Assembly (NCBI RefSeq): GCF_030684315.1
Contig: NC_081358.1
Location: 93,150,458-93,214,457 of the forward strand
Length of the DNA: 64,000 nt
Direction of reading: 5' to 3'
Origin: Stegostoma tigrinum
Lineage: Eukaryota
Position 1 is the stretch's first letter. Every line of letters starts with the position of its first letter. Made by a program: the position numbers and the translations under genes. Shown in pieces: positions 1 through 12,550 of this stretch. Below the pieces are notes generated by a model. That model saw only the letters and a list, made by a program, of their open reading frames with translations. It was not told the origin of the DNA and ran no database searches.

Positions 1-196
1 TGACTAGCCATCAAATAAGGGTACAAGATGATAAAAGAAAGAAATTTCCAGAAAAATTACTGAAAGATGCAAGAACTACATAGCAGTGATAAGGAGACAT
101 TTCAATTATCTGCAGGTAGGCAGTGTAAAAGGCAAAAAGGAAACAAATAGTCCTATAGTGTACTCCAACTGCTCTTATTTATTTCATTATAACTGG

Positions 197-260
197 AAAC
201 AGAGAAAAGAGACAAACAAACAGAGAAAAGAGACAAACAAACAGAGAAAAGAGACAAACA
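197..260. repeat. 21-bp tandem repeat (aaacagagaaaagagacaaac) x3, probably the 3' simple-repeat tail of the adjacent CR1 copy
   Basis: Three direct copies are visible; they produce the repetitive KQRKETN ORF. Confidence 0.85.
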
Positions 261-520
261 GCACAGGAACAGGCCCTTCGGCCCTCCAAGCCTGCGCGGA
301 TCAAGATCCTCTGTCTAACCTGTCATCTATTTTCTAACAGTCTGTGTCCATTTGCTCCCTGCCCATCCATGTACCTGTCCAAATATATCTTAAAAGACGC
401 TAACGTGTCTGCATCTACCACCTCCGCTGGCAACGCGTTCCAGGCACCCACCACCCTCTGTGTAAAGAATTTTCTACGCATATCTCCCTTAAACTTTCCT
501 CCTCTCACTTTGAACTCACG
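257..520 (-). mobile_element. CR1-type LINE 3' fragment
   Basis: ORF 323..508(-) reads FKGDMRRKFFTQRVVGAWNALP...FKIYLDRYM, the typical CR1 ORF2 C-terminus. Confidence 0.9.
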
Positions 521-929
521 AGGAGGATTAACTTTAGGAAGTTGAAAGAGAAACTAAACCAGGTGGAATAGCAGCAAAAATAGTAATGGAAGATTATCTG
601 GGCATTATCATTTTCTTGTTTGAGGGAGCTTGCTGTTCATATATTGGTTTGTGTTTCTTACATCACAATAGTGTATGTGTATCACAAAAGTATTGCATTG
701 AAAGTGCAAGCCTACTTCTCAGTATTAGTATCTTTGGCTTGGTAGGGCATAATTTCAGTCTGCCAGTCACATGAAATTTAAATAGTAAATGAGGGAACTA
801 AAACTTCATTAAGACAGACTGATGAAACGGACAGACAGATGGCAGATAAACTAAACACAAAAGGTATGGCCATAAATTAGGAAGAAAGAAAGGAAGAAAT
901 ACAAATTAAGTGGCACAATAAAACAAAGA

Positions 930-1092
930 ACCGCTATTGATGGAAATCTGAACAAAAACAAATTGCTGAAATAAATGAGAAGGTCTGGCAGCATCTCTGG
1001 AGAGAAAATAGGGTGAACATTTTGGGTGCAGTGACTCATCAGGTGCTATCACACCTACCGAGTTTCTCCAGCAATTTCTATTTGTTATCAAT
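930..1092. mobile_element. Short Penelope-like inverted-repeat element, degenerate
   Basis: Has ggtctggcagcatct...gagagaaa and tttctccagcaattt arms, plus a minus-strand CTGATGAGTC hammerhead-like remnant near 1033-1042. Confidence 0.55.
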
Positions 1093-1761
1093 TAGGCGGC
1101 ATAGTTTTATGGGTGAGAACTGAGACAGAGGTTTGGTCGAGAGGTGAGGGGTGAAGAGGTTGTATGGTGCAGGTGAAGAGCAGGGCGCACGTGCCCCTAT
1201 CTTTGAAGGCAGTAGCTCAATAGAAGAGATTACAAAAAGTCACTAAAGGATCCTTAACTTTATCTGACTAAGAAAGAACATTAAACATTACTCAAACATT
1301 ACTTGGGCTTTATCTGGAGCAAGGCGCATAATTCTTGGAACCTAAATTTAGAAGAAATGCCAAAGCATTTAAAAGGATGCAGAAGACTTTAGTGAGATAT
1401 AACTAAGGATGAGGGATTGAGGTTGTCCTCCCAACAGGTTTGATAAAGGTTTGGGTTACACAAGGGCCACTTGGTGCCTGATCTCAGAACAGGCTTAGTT
1501 CAAAAATGGACAAGAGAGCTGAAATCCCAAGGTAAGGTGAAAATGACTGCCCTTGATATTGAGACTCCATTTAACTGTGTGTGGCCTCTCATGTTACAGT
1601 TGATCTTTCTCTACACCTTCTCTGTAGCTGAAGATGATATTCTGCATTCTGTTCAATTACCCTAATGTAATTATATAAGTAATGATTTGTCTGATTAGCA
1701 CATAAAATATTTTTCATAGTATCTCAGTACATATGCCAGTAATAATGAATCATTGAATCAC

Positions 1762-2070
1762 CAAAGTGTGGAAACAGGCCATTCAGCCCAATGGGTCCAC
1801 ACTCAATGACCCTCTGAAGAATATCCTACCCAGACCCATACCCCCACTATATCCCGGTAACCCTGCACTTCCCATAGCATTCAAGGATGTGTAGGTTGGC
1901 TATGGGCAATTTAGCATGGCCAATTCCCCTAAATTGCACAGCTTTGGACTGTGGGAGGAAACCAGAGTAACAAGAGGAGATCCATACAGACATGGGGAGA
2001 ATGTCTGTGTGCAGTTTGCACAGTGACGAGAGGGTGGAATTGAACGGGGTCCCTGGCACTGTGAAACGAA
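1762..2070 (-). mobile_element. HE1-like tRNA-derived V-SINE
   Basis: Shares motifs (ttggactgtgggaggaaacc, gtccctggcactgtga) with the copies at ~21.0, 39.3 and 54.4 kb; CR1-like tail. Confidence 0.8.
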
Positions 2071-2084
2071 GCACAGAGTCAAGA

Positions 2085-3090
2085 GACTTCGCAAAACCAG
2101 AGGCAATGGGAATCAGGGATACTGTCTGCTGGTTGGAGTCATACCTAGCACAAAAGAAACAGTTATGGTTGTTGGAGGTCAGTTATCGCAGCACGAGTTC
2201 TTCAGGGTAGCGCTCCAGGCTCAAGCATTTTCAGTTGCTTTATTATGACATTGCCCACAAAGGTCAGAAGTGGGATGTTTTCTGATGATTACACGACGTT
2301 CAACATCATTCACAACTTGTCCAACACTGAAGCAGTCCACGTCCAAATGCAGCAAGACATGGACAACATCCAGGTTTGAGCTGACAAGTGCAAGGCAATG
2401 GCCATATCTAAAAAAGGAGAATCTAAATCATTGTCTCTTAACATTCATAGGCATTATTATCACAGAATCACCCACTGTCAACATCCTAGCTGTTACCACT
2501 GAACAGAAACTGAAATGAACTAGCCACATTCAATGGCTATAAGACCGGTCAAACAACTGCACAGCACAATGCCGGCTCCCCAAGCCACAAGTCAGGAACT
2601 TGATGGAACACTTCCTATTTGACTGGATTAGTGTCAACAAGAAGCTTGACACCTTCCAAGGCATAGCAGCTTGCTTGATTGTTTTTGGATGTGGTGCCAT
2701 TCACTCTCTCCAACAGTAACAGTTTGTACCATCTGCAAGATGCACTACAGAAATTGAATTGGGCTTAAGATAACAGCTTCAAAACCCACAATACTACCAG
2801 CTAAAAAGGACAAAGACAACAGATGTATGGAAACAGCATCACGTGAGGAGTTCCCTTCCAAGACATTAATCACCCTGACTTGGAAAAAACATCACTACCT
2901 TGTCTGTGTTACTGGTTCAAAATTCTGGAACACCTTCCCTAACAACATTATTGGTCTGCATAAAACAAATAAGGTGTGGCTCTTTTTTTTAAAAAAGGCA
3001 GCTCACCACCACCTTCCAAGGGCATCCAGGGTTAGGGAATAAATGCTGGCACAACCAGCAACTCCCATATACTTTGAACAATTTTTTTAA
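2085..3090 (+). mobile_element. Degenerate CR1/L2-group LINE 3' portion (second family)
   Basis: RT remnants such as WLESYLAQ; homologous to 4630-5490(-), 10680-11780(+) and 17760-18480(-). The tail aataaatgctggc is shared with the SINE at 11.93 kb. Confidence 0.7.
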
Positions 3091-3094
3091 AAAG

Positions 3095-3212
3095 CAGTAA
3101 GGAGAAACTCTCAGCAACTAAAGGGCAGTGACTTAGAAGAACAGGTGGCAGTTGAACCCAAGTCTCTTGGCTCAGAGGCAGGGATATTCCCAACACGTTA
3201 CACGAGCGCCAA
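3095..3212 (-). mobile_element. Short tRNA-derived SINE-like element (related copies at ~45200-45318 and ~58715-58828)
   Basis: The minus strand shows A/B-box-like motifs (gggttcaa). The three copies are visibly similar. Confidence 0.55.
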
Positions 3213-3485
3213 GGAGAAAAAAAACACATTTAAAAACATTAAGTACTACTACTGACAACTGAATGTATTTATCCCAACCGCCAAATTATCTGGAATATTC
3301 TACCCGAAGGAATGGTGAAAATAAACTTAACAGTAATTTTCAAGGAAGAGTTGAATAAATACTCAAAAGGAGGAAAATCCAGGAAAAGCCACCAAAAGAG
3401 GCAGTATTGATACGCTCGGCCGAATTGCAGTGAGGAGCAGAGTCTCCAGCTTCCGGTCGCGATTTCCGCTGGGGTCACCTTGAAC

Positions 3486-3627
3486 GCTGTAAACACAAGT
3501 TGTTCCTCTCCTCCGCTAGATCTCAATGTCAAGAGAGTCACTGCAGGGGACAGCTACTGGAGCTGGTCACTGACGCCATGATAGACCCGGTACCTCTCCC
3601 ATCACTAACCAACCACGGTCGGGACCC
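3486..3627 (+). repeat. 142-bp direct repeat, copy 1 (UQCRB intron 1)
   Basis: gctgtaaacacaag...gtcgggaccc; 4 mismatches to copy 2 at 4178-4319. Confidence 0.97.
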
Positions 3628-3789
3628 CGCAGTCACCTTACCTCCCCCACCCGTCCCCGGAGGATCCCCACACATCCCTCTCAGAGACAGGCTAAGGTGC
3701 CCACTTCTCTCACCAACTCCACGTAGAAAGCGCCAGGAACTTTATGCATAGCCGGACTGTTTCCCTCTCCCCTTCCCGTTCTCCCTCAC

Positions 3790-3808
3790 CTGGGGCTCTA
3801 GCCGCCAT
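3790..3808 (-). CDS. UQCRB: UQCRB (complex III subunit) coding exon 1, MAARAP(+G); the remaining exons were not found and probably lie left of the window
   Basis: aagATGGCGGCTAGAGCCCCAG|gtgagg is a 19-nt, phase-1 coding exon in a CpG island. This matches the short first coding exon of vertebrate UQCRB and the known UQCRB-MTERF3-PTDSS1 order and orientation. The call rests on synteny and exon geometry. Confidence 0.78.
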
Positions 3809-4100
3809 CTTGCTGCTTAGGAGCTCAATGCGACTGCGCCACCCGTCAAAAGTTGCGGCGCAAAGATGTAACGTAAACGCGTCGCGTGACCGCGGTTTAA
3901 CGTATTTACACGCACTCGATCGGAAGGACAGCGCCGACCCGACTTACATGCACGTGCCCGATGTGAGTCACAATGACTGCGCGTGGGCCAAAGATCGTAC
4001 GCCGGCATCGTCCGCGCATGCGTACGTGCCTTTTCCCCGTATAAGTGGTGTCTGTTCCGGGTTTGGTGCTTTCCAGTGAGTATGGGACTGACGGCGAAAT
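3800..4100. promoter_or_regulatory. CpG-island promoter of UQCRB with YY1, E-box, NRF1-like and ETS motifs
   Basis: High CpG density. GCCGCCATCTTG (YY1) at 3801-3812, CACGTG at 3951, GCGCATGCGT (NRF1-like) at 4014-4023 and TTCCGG near 4055. This set is typical of nuclear OXPHOS genes. Confidence 0.8.
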
Positions 4101-4177
4101 CACCTTGTTAGGCAGTAATACAATGCAAGTTTTCATTAATTTCTTCGCATGGCAATGGCGAACAGTGTAGCTCCCGG

Positions 4178-4319
4178 GCTGTAAACACAAGTTGTTCCTC
4201 TCCTCCGCTAGATCTCAATGTCAAGAGAGTCACTGCAGGAGACAGCTACTGGAGCAGGTCACTGACGCCAGGATAGACCTGGTACCTCTCCCATCACTAA
4301 CCAACCACGGTCGGGACCC
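4178..4319 (+). repeat. 142-bp direct repeat, copy 2 (upstream of the UQCRB promoter)
   Basis: Near-identical to 3486-3627. Confidence 0.97.
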
Positions 4320-4629
4320 GATGGATTGTAGGGGGAAAGGACAGCATTCATAGATACAGCGCTCAAGCCACAAACTGCACCAAAGATGAAAGAAACTAAG
4401 CACAGAAGAAAAATTAATTCCACAGCCCCAAGCAATATTAGTGCCTTTGTCCAGGAGTTTATGGATGTGTAGATCTAGATTTCTGTCATTTATGGCATTA
4501 GTTTTCTGCTTTTGAACACAAAGCATCTACATGCATTCAATACAGTCAAGCTCAAGGAACAACATCTCATAGTTACATTACAAATATTTGCAGCTGTCCT
4601 GTGTTTGCACTGATGTCGTTTTGTTTATA

Positions 4630-5490
4630 AGATGTGGGCATTGGTTGCTTGGCCAGGATTTATTCCACGTCTGTGAGGGCCTGGAGAAGTTGATGATGAG
4701 CTGGCTTGAATGCACCAGTGCTTGCGGTGTAGGTTCTTTTAGAAAGGAAGTTCCAGGAGTTTGATTCAACAACACAGAAGGAGTGGTGATGTATTTCTAA
4801 GGCAGGATTGCATGTGGGGCTTGTAGGGAACTTGCAAGTGGTGGTGTTTCCATGCATCTGCTTCCTTCTCCTTCCAGGCATTAAGAGTTCATGGGTTTGG
4901 AAGGTGTTGGCAAATAAGCCAGGGCAAGTTGTTGCAGTGCATTTTATACACACCGTTACTACAGTGTAACAGTAGTGGAGGGAGGGAATATTTAAGTTGT
5001 TGGATGGTGTGCCAATCAAGGGGGCATTTTTTTTTTCCTGAATGGCGTTGCGCTTCTTAAATATTGTCAGGGCAGCGTATGGAGAACATTTCATCTTAGT
5101 CCTGATTTGTAAATGGTGTTCAGACTTTGGGAGGCAGAAAATAAAATTCGACAAACACCACAAAATTCCTTGCCTCTAACCTTCTCTTGTAACTACAGGG
5201 CGTTCTACTTCAGTTTTTTATCAATGGTACAAATTTTGATAGTAAGGATTCAGTGATTGTACTGCCGTTGAATGTCACAGGACAGTGTTAGATTCTGTTT
5301 TGTTTGAGAAGATTATTGTGCAGCATTTATGTAGTGGAAATACTACTTTTCAATTATCAGCGCAAGCCTGGATGCTGTCTAGGTCTTTTTGCATATGTTC
5401 ACGGACTGTTTCAGTGTGTAAACAGTAGCGAATAGCACTGAAACTGTGAAATCATCAATGAACTTCTCCATTTCTAAACTTATGATTGAA
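4630..5490 (-). mobile_element. Degenerate LINE 3' portion (same family as 2085-3090)
   Basis: Reverse-complement similarity to 2085-3090 and 10680-11780. Confidence 0.65.
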
Positions 5491-6707
5491 GGAGAACAAG
5501 GAAGCTTGTATTTATTTAAAGTTTTTAAGATTGACAGGAGACCTTCTTGAGACATTTAGCAGGATAGATGGAGAGAAGTTGTTTCCCCTTGTGGGAAGAG
5601 TCTAGGACCATAGGTTGCCCATTTAAGACAGAGATGCGAAGGAATTTCTTCTCAGAATAGTGAATCTGGGGCATTCTGTACTGTAGAGAGAACTGTCAAG
5701 GTTGGATCATTAAGTATTGACAAGGCTGAGTTAGATAAGTTTTTACTCATAAAAGAATAAAGGGTTATTGGGATAAGACAGAACAGTGAGGATTGTCATA
5801 TAAGCCATGATCTCATTGAATGCCAGAGCAGACTTGATGGGCTAAATGTTCCATGTCTACCCATATATCTTTTGATAAGTAGAAAATAATTGTAAAGGTA
5901 ATTACCAGAAGCACCCAGTGTGACCCAGTTGTTTTTGGCGTGGTGAGTGACGATGGTTCCGTATACACAGCTTTAAGGGTAGTAGTGGTAGCAGCAATTT
6001 TAATCATAATATTCAAAGGAAAATTGAATTAATATCTGCATGGCTATGGGGAACGATTGGCAGAGTAGGACAAATTGGTAACTTTTTCACGAGCTAGCAT
6101 AGACACGGTGAGACAAATGGCTGCCTTCCGTGTTTTTACTATTCTGTGATCCCAAAGATGAGCTTGGGAGCCAGCTGGTGTTTAGGACTAGAATTCCCCA
6201 TTCCTGCACTGCTTGGGAGGATGGTCTGCATACTTTGTCAACGTGTGTTTTTCTCATACTGGACTGTTGATACACTGGAGAAGGCTTCACTTTTCCAGAT
6301 CTCAGAGTCATAGAGATATTGAGCAGAGAAACAGACCCTTCAGTGCAACTCATCCGTGTTGACCAGATATCCGACATTAATCTAGTCCTATTTGCCAGCA
6401 CTTGGCCCATATCATTTTAAGCCCTTCCTGTTCATATACCCATCCAAATACCTTTTAAATCTAGCGATAGTAACAGCCTCTGTCAAGTCCTCTGGAAGCT
6501 CATTCCATACACGTATCATCCTCTGTGAAAAAGTTGCCCCTTAGATCCCTTTAAATCTTTCCCCTCTCATGTTAAACCTGCACGGTCTAGTTTCCCTACC
6601 CTGGGGAAAAGACCTTGTCTGTTTACCGTATCCATGACCTTCATGATTTCATAAGCCTCTGTAAGGTCACCCCCCTCAGTTTCTGACTCTCCATTGATCA
6701 AGCGCCT

Positions 6708-7860
6708 TAGAACATGGAACATAGAAAAGTACAGCACAGTACAGGCCCTTTGGCCAACGATGTTGTGCCATGGATTAATCCTAATCCAAAAATAAAATAA
6801 CCTAACCTACATTCCCCTCAATTCACTGCTGTCCATGTGCATGTCCAGCAGTCGCTTAAATGTCACTAATGACTCCGCTTCCACGACTACCACTGGCAAA
6901 CTATTCCATGCACTCACAACTCTCTGAGTGAAGAACCTTCCTCTGACGTCTTCCTCTATACCTTCCACCTAACACCTTAAAACTATGACCCCTCGTGGCA
7001 GTCAGTCCTGCCCTGGGGAAAAGTCTCTGGCTATCAACTCTATCCATGCCCCTCATTACCTTGTACACCTCGATCAGGTCCCCTCTCTTCCTCCTTCTCT
7101 CCAGTGAGAAAAGTCCAAGCTCAGTCAACCTCTCCTCGTAAGACAAGCCCTCCAGTCCAGGCAGCATCCTGGTAAACCTCCTTTGCACCCTTTCCAAAGC
7201 CTCCACATATTTCCTATAATAGGGCGACCAGAACTGGACACAATATTCCAAGTGTGGTCTCACCAGGGTTTTGTACAGCTGCAGCAAAACCTCGCGGCTC
7301 TTAAACTCGATCCCCCTGTTAATGAAAGCCAAAACACCATACGCTTTCTTAACAACCTTATCCACTTGTGTGGCAACTTTGAGGGAGCAATGCACTTGAA
7401 CACCAAGGTCCTGCTGTTCCTCCACACTGCCAAGAATCCTGCCTGTAATCCTATATTCATCATTTAAGTCAGACCTTCCAAAATGCATCACTTCGCATTT
7501 ATCCACGTTGAACTCCATCTGCCATTTCTCAGCCCAGCTCTGCATACTATCAATGTCTCGCTGAAGCCTGCAATAGCCCTCGATACTATCAACGACACCT
7601 CCAACCTTTGTGTCATCAGCAAACATACTAACCCACCCCTCAACATCCTCATCCAAGTCATTTATAAAAACTACAAAGAGCAGAGGCCCAAGAACAGACC
7701 CCTGCAGGACACCACTCAGCACTGACCTCCAGGCAGAATACTTACCATCTACAACCACTCTCTGCCTCCTGTCAGCCAACCAATTCTGAATCCAGACAGC
7801 CAAATCACCCTGTATCCCATATCTCCCAACTTTATGAATGAGCCTGCCGTGGGGAACCTT
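6708..7860 (-). mobile_element. Young 5'-truncated CR1/HER1 LINE with an open RT ORF, nested in an older CR1 (~6305-6700 and ~7860-9640)
   Basis: ORF 6901..7803(-) has GVLQGSVLGPLLF, FADD and RPHLEYCVQFWSP; (agaacat)n tail at ~6708-6725. Confidence 0.95.
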
Positions 7861-9640
7861 AGTTCTTCACTATCCTGTCTATCTGCAAATTCATTTTCAA
7901 GGAACTGTGAACCTGCACTCCGAGACCTCTCTGCTCAGCAAAACTCTCCAGGACCTTACCGTTAGGTATATAAGATTTGCCCTGGTTTGCCTTTCCAAAA
8001 TGTCGAACCTCAATTTATTTAAATTAAACTCCATCTGCTACTCCTCAGCCCCTTGGCTGGATTGATTGAGGTCCCCTTGTATTCTGAGGGTTTTGTTGCT
8101 GTCCACTACACCTCCGATCTGCAAACTTACTAACCATATCTCCTCGGTCCACATCCTAATCATTTACATAAAATGATGAAAAGCAGTAGACTCAGCACTG
8201 ATCCTTGTAGCACACCACAGGTCACAGGCTTCCAGTCTGAAAAGCAACCCTCCATCACCACCCTCTGTCTTCTACCTTTGAGTCAGTTCTGCGTCCAAAC
8301 AGCTGGTTCTCCCCCTGTTCCATATGATCTAACCTTGCTAACCAGTCTATCATGAGGAACCTTGTTGAATGCCTTCCTGAATTCCATACAGAGCATGTCC
8401 ACTGCTCTGCCCTCATTAGTAATGTCTGTCACTTCAAAAAATTCAATCAAGTTAGTGACATACAATTTCCCACTCACAAAGCCACTTTGACCATCCCTAA
8501 TCAGTCCTTGCCATTCCAAATACATGTAAATCCTATCCCCTAAGATTCCCTCCAGCAACTTGCCCACCACCAATGTCAGGCTCACCCCGGTCTATCGTTC
8601 CCTGGATTTTCCTTACCACCTTTCATGAATAGTGACACCATGTTAGCCAATCTCCAGTCTTGTGGCACCTCATCTGTGGCTGTCGACGATACAAATATCT
8701 CAGTATGGGGCCATCTTTTTTCTCACTTCCCACAGAGTTGTAGGGTACACCTGATCAGGTCCCAGGGATTTATCCACCTTTATGCATTTTAAGGCATCCA
8801 GCACCACCTCTTCTGGAATATGGACATTTTTCAAAATGTCGCTATTTATTTCCCCATGTTCTGTATCATCCATATCCTTCTCCAAAGTAAACATTGAGGC
8901 AAAATACTTGTTTAGCATCTCCCCCATGTCCTGCAGTTCCACACATAGATAGCCTTTCTGATCTTTAAAAGGGTCCTATCATCTCCTTAGTTACCATTTT
9001 GTCCTTAACATATTTGTATAATCCCTTTGGATTATTCTTAATCATATTTGCCAAGGCTATCTCACGTCCCCTTTTTGCCCTCTTGATTTCTCTCAAGTAC
9101 ACTCCTCCTGCCTTTATACTCTTAAGGATTCACTTGATCTCTGCTGACTATAACTGGTCGTTGGATAAACATATGGATGATAATGGACTAGTGTAGGTTA
9201 GATGGGCTTCAAGATTGATTCACAGGCTGAAGGACCTGTACTGCGCTGTAATGTTCTATGTTCTATACCTAGACATACACTTTTCTTCTTCTTAGCCAAA
9301 CCCTCATCTTCTCTCGTCGTCTAGCATTCCCTACACCTACCAGCCTTGCCCTTTACTCTAACAGGAACATACTGACCCTGGACTCTCGTTATCTCATTAT
9401 TGAAGGCTTCCCATTTTCCAGCGGTCATTTACCTGTGAACATCCGCCTCCAATCAACTTTTGAAAGTTCTTGCCTAATACCATAAAAATTGGCCTTCCTC
9501 CAATTTAGAACTTTAACTTTTGCATCTGATCTATCCTTTTCTAATCGCTATTTTAAATTTTTTGAATTATAGATCAGTGCCCCCAAAGTGCTTCCTCTTT
9601 GACACCTCAGTCACCTGCCCTGCCCTATTTCCCCAAGAGT
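7861..9640 (-). mobile_element. Older fragmented CR1 ORF2
   Basis: ORFs 8283..8585(-) (SLTLVVGKLLE, FRKAFNKVPH) and 8700..8942(-) (LNKYFASMFT, KSLGPDQVYP). Confidence 0.9.
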
Positions 9641-10679
9641 GTCTCATGTTGGATAATTTAATTTCATTCTCTGGGACATTTGTTTCTCCAATCCTGCCTG
9701 CTTTTGTCTTACAATATCACATGTACCAATTTTAACCATTTTTGTTTTCTATTTAAATATTGTATGTATTTGAGTAACCCTTCAATCCTTTTTAGCCACT
9801 CAATCAGAACATGGTTGATTTCCATCTTTAACTCATTTATTATCTGATAAAAATGTCTTAATATTGATCCAAAAATCCATTGCATTTAAACATTTCCTAA
9901 CCTCGACTTCAAATAAACAATTTCCCAATTAATTTTTAGTTTCCCATGTACAGCTGATATTTTGTCCTCCTCCATTGTAAATGCAAAGGCTTGATTTTAT
10001 CTGGATGTGCTAGGATAAGGAGAGCACCTGGTGGTGTGCAGGAAACCATACATCAGTGTGTCTGTCAGTTCCTCTTAAACACAAGTTATTTCTGGGTTTT
10101 CAGACCAATGAGGTTCAGCACACCTGACAACAACGTTAATTTCAGCTTCAGCATTCAAAAGAGCATTGCAATTCTAAGCTGGGGAACAGCTTAGAAGATT
10201 GTATTTTGCTTTAAATGACTCCTTCCTCATAAGATGAGGCATGCAGGAGGAAGAAACCTCTCCAGTTAAAGACCAAGATAGCATTACTGGAGCCAGCAGA
10301 GGTCAGGACCAGAAGAATGTAGTCAAGATTCAGACTCTAAATCAAATTCATGATGAAACAGGTCAGTAAGGGCAATATACAAATATTAATATATGAATAT
10401 ATGAATCATGCCAGTCTCCTGTCTTCCGAAACCTACTTCAACAAATCAGTCCTTACAGCAATCCTTCTCAGTCAGCCATGCAGTACAAAAAATGACACGC
10501 CAATCTGTCACATGTAATAAATGCTCTCCTTCCATCTAACACATTCTATTATTCTCATCTTTGGTCAGCAGAAAGCAAAGAATGTAAGAGCAAGGCAGAG
10601 AAAAATGGAAGGAGTCCTTCACCAGTCTATCCATTGACAGCTGCAAAGGAGGCAACATTGGGTCATCAGCAAAGTCCAC

Positions 10680-11780
10680 AATATGGCCTTAGTTCAAATA
10701 TAGCCTCAGTTCAAACATGGACAAAAGAGCTGAATTCCAAAGGTGAAGTGAGGTGACTGTGCTTGACATCAAGGCAACATTTGACTGAAACTTGGAGCCC
10801 TCGCAAAATTAGAATCTAAGGAAATCAGGGAGGAAATTCTCTGCTCATTGGAATCATACCTAGCACAAGAAAGGTGGTATGTTTGTTGAAGGTCAGGCAC
10901 TTCAGTTTTAGGATATCACTACAGCATTTCCTCATGGTCCAATCATTTTCAGTTGTTTCATCAATGACTCAAGATGACAGCTGCAGAAGTTTGTTGATGA
11001 TTATTCAATGATTGCACTCAACATCCAAAAGCAGCAAGACCTGGTCAGCATTCGGGCTCAGGCTGACAAGAGGCAAATAGCCTTCGTGCTAGGCAATGAC
11101 ATCTCCAAAAAGAGAGAATTCAACCAATACTCCTTCGTGTTCAGCCACGTTCCTGTTGCTGAATCCTTCATTAACAACATCTTGGGTGTTATCATTAACC
11201 AGAAACTGAACTGCACATTCCACGTAAATGCTGTGGCTACGATAGCAGGTCAGAAATGGGGAAAAGTGCTGTGAGTAAATCACTTCCTGACTCCCTAAAG
11301 CCTGTCCATCTACAAGGCACAAGTCAGGAGTCTGTTGGAATATTTTTGCTCTTGCCTAGATCAGTGCAACTCCAACAACACTCAAGAAGTTCAACACAAT
11401 CCAGAATAAAGCAGCCTTTAGTCCCTCCACCACTGATACACAACAATAATGTATACTATTTACAAGATGTAGAGAGGTAACTCACCAAGGATTTTTTGAA
11501 AGCATCCTCCAAACCCATGACCTCTATCATCTCAATGGACAATGACAGCACATGGGAACACCGACACTTGCAAGTTTCTTCCAAGCCACCTGCACTCCTG
11601 ACTTGTAACTACATCTTCAGTGCCACTGGGTCAAACTCGCTCCCTAACAGCACTTCAGCTTGACCTACACCACATGGACAATTCTAGCTGGTGCTTATCA
11701 CCACTTTCTCAAGGACAGTTTGGGCTGGACAATAAAAGCTGGCCTTGCTAGCAAAGCAGTTATTCCCAGAATGATGGATT
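10680..11780 (+). mobile_element. Degenerate LINE 3' portion (same family as 2085-3090)
   Basis: Colinear similarity to 1490-1580 and 2085-3090. Confidence 0.7.
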
Positions 11781-11929
11781 CATCAAACCCTAAACTTGGT
11801 CATTAATCACCTCAGTGTTCTGCAGCAAAGTGCTCTCCAATCATTAATAAGGTCTGACTGCTGCCAATAAAATAAAGCAGATTAAATACATTTAACAATA
11901 TGAGTCTGTAATGCACTTCTATTAAAAGT

Positions 11930-12292
11930 GGGGAGGCAATGGCCTGCTAGTATTATCACTGGATTGTTAACCCAGATAACCGGATAACATTCCGGGGACC
12001 CGGGTTCAAGTCCCACCACGGCAGATGTGGAATTTGAATTCAATTGAAAAATATCTGGAATTAAGAATCTAATGATGACCATGAATCCATCGCAGATTGT
12101 CGGGAAAAACCCACCTGGTTCACTAATGTCCTATAGGGAAGGAAACTGCCGTCCTTACCTGGTCTGGCTGACATGTGACTCCAGATCTAGAGCAATGTGG
12201 TTGACTCTGAACTGCCTTCTAGGCAATTAGGGGCGGACAATAAAAATGGCCGAGCCAGCGATGTCCTCATCCCGTCAATGAATAAATAAAAA
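11930..12292 (+). mobile_element. tRNA-headed SINE with a LINE-derived tail (other copies at ~54295-54930 and ~58130-58460)
   Basis: B-box gggttcaagtccc, a conserved body shared with the 54.65 kb copy, and an A-rich end. Confidence 0.85.
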
Positions 12293-12550
12293 GTAAAATG
12301 TTCCATGGAGCTTTACAAGAATGCTTCCAAAAAAAACTTGACATTGAGCCACCCAAAAATATTAAGGCAGGTGCTGGAAAGGAACATGTTAAAAGAGGAG
12401 ATGTTAAAAGATAGTGCATTGGAAGGGTTAGACTGAGAATTTTAGAGCTTAACTCCTTACCAGCTGAAACCACTGCTGCTACAATGGGCTGATGAAAGCT
12501 GGAGACTTGCAAGAGGCTATTGTTGGAGAAACCAGATGCCTGAGCCGCTC

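Noticed and set aside
86-337. ORF with a KQRKETN repeat
   Set aside because: Artefact of a 21-bp tandem repeat at a CR1 tail.
1-3789. UQCRB exon 2 (expected W-Y-Y-N-A-A-G-F-like peptide)
   Set aside because: Not found on the minus strand in this interval; presumed to lie outside the window.
3500-4526. Several 60-110 aa ORFs around the CpG island
   Set aside because: GC-rich promoter sequence with no recognisable domains; better explained by UQCRB exon 1 and its promoter.
6901-7803. 300-aa reverse transcriptase ORF as a host gene or novel RT system
   Set aside because: Ordinary 5'-truncated CR1 ORF2 with a typical microsatellite tail.
9985-10660. Possible Harbinger/Myb-like transposon remnant (also ~22200-22600 and ~30445-30900)
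   Set aside because: Too degenerate to support a family call by eye.
11930-12030. tRNA gene-like A/B boxes (also at other SINE heads)
   Set aside because: They are SINE heads continuing into repeat bodies; no full cloverleaf was seen.
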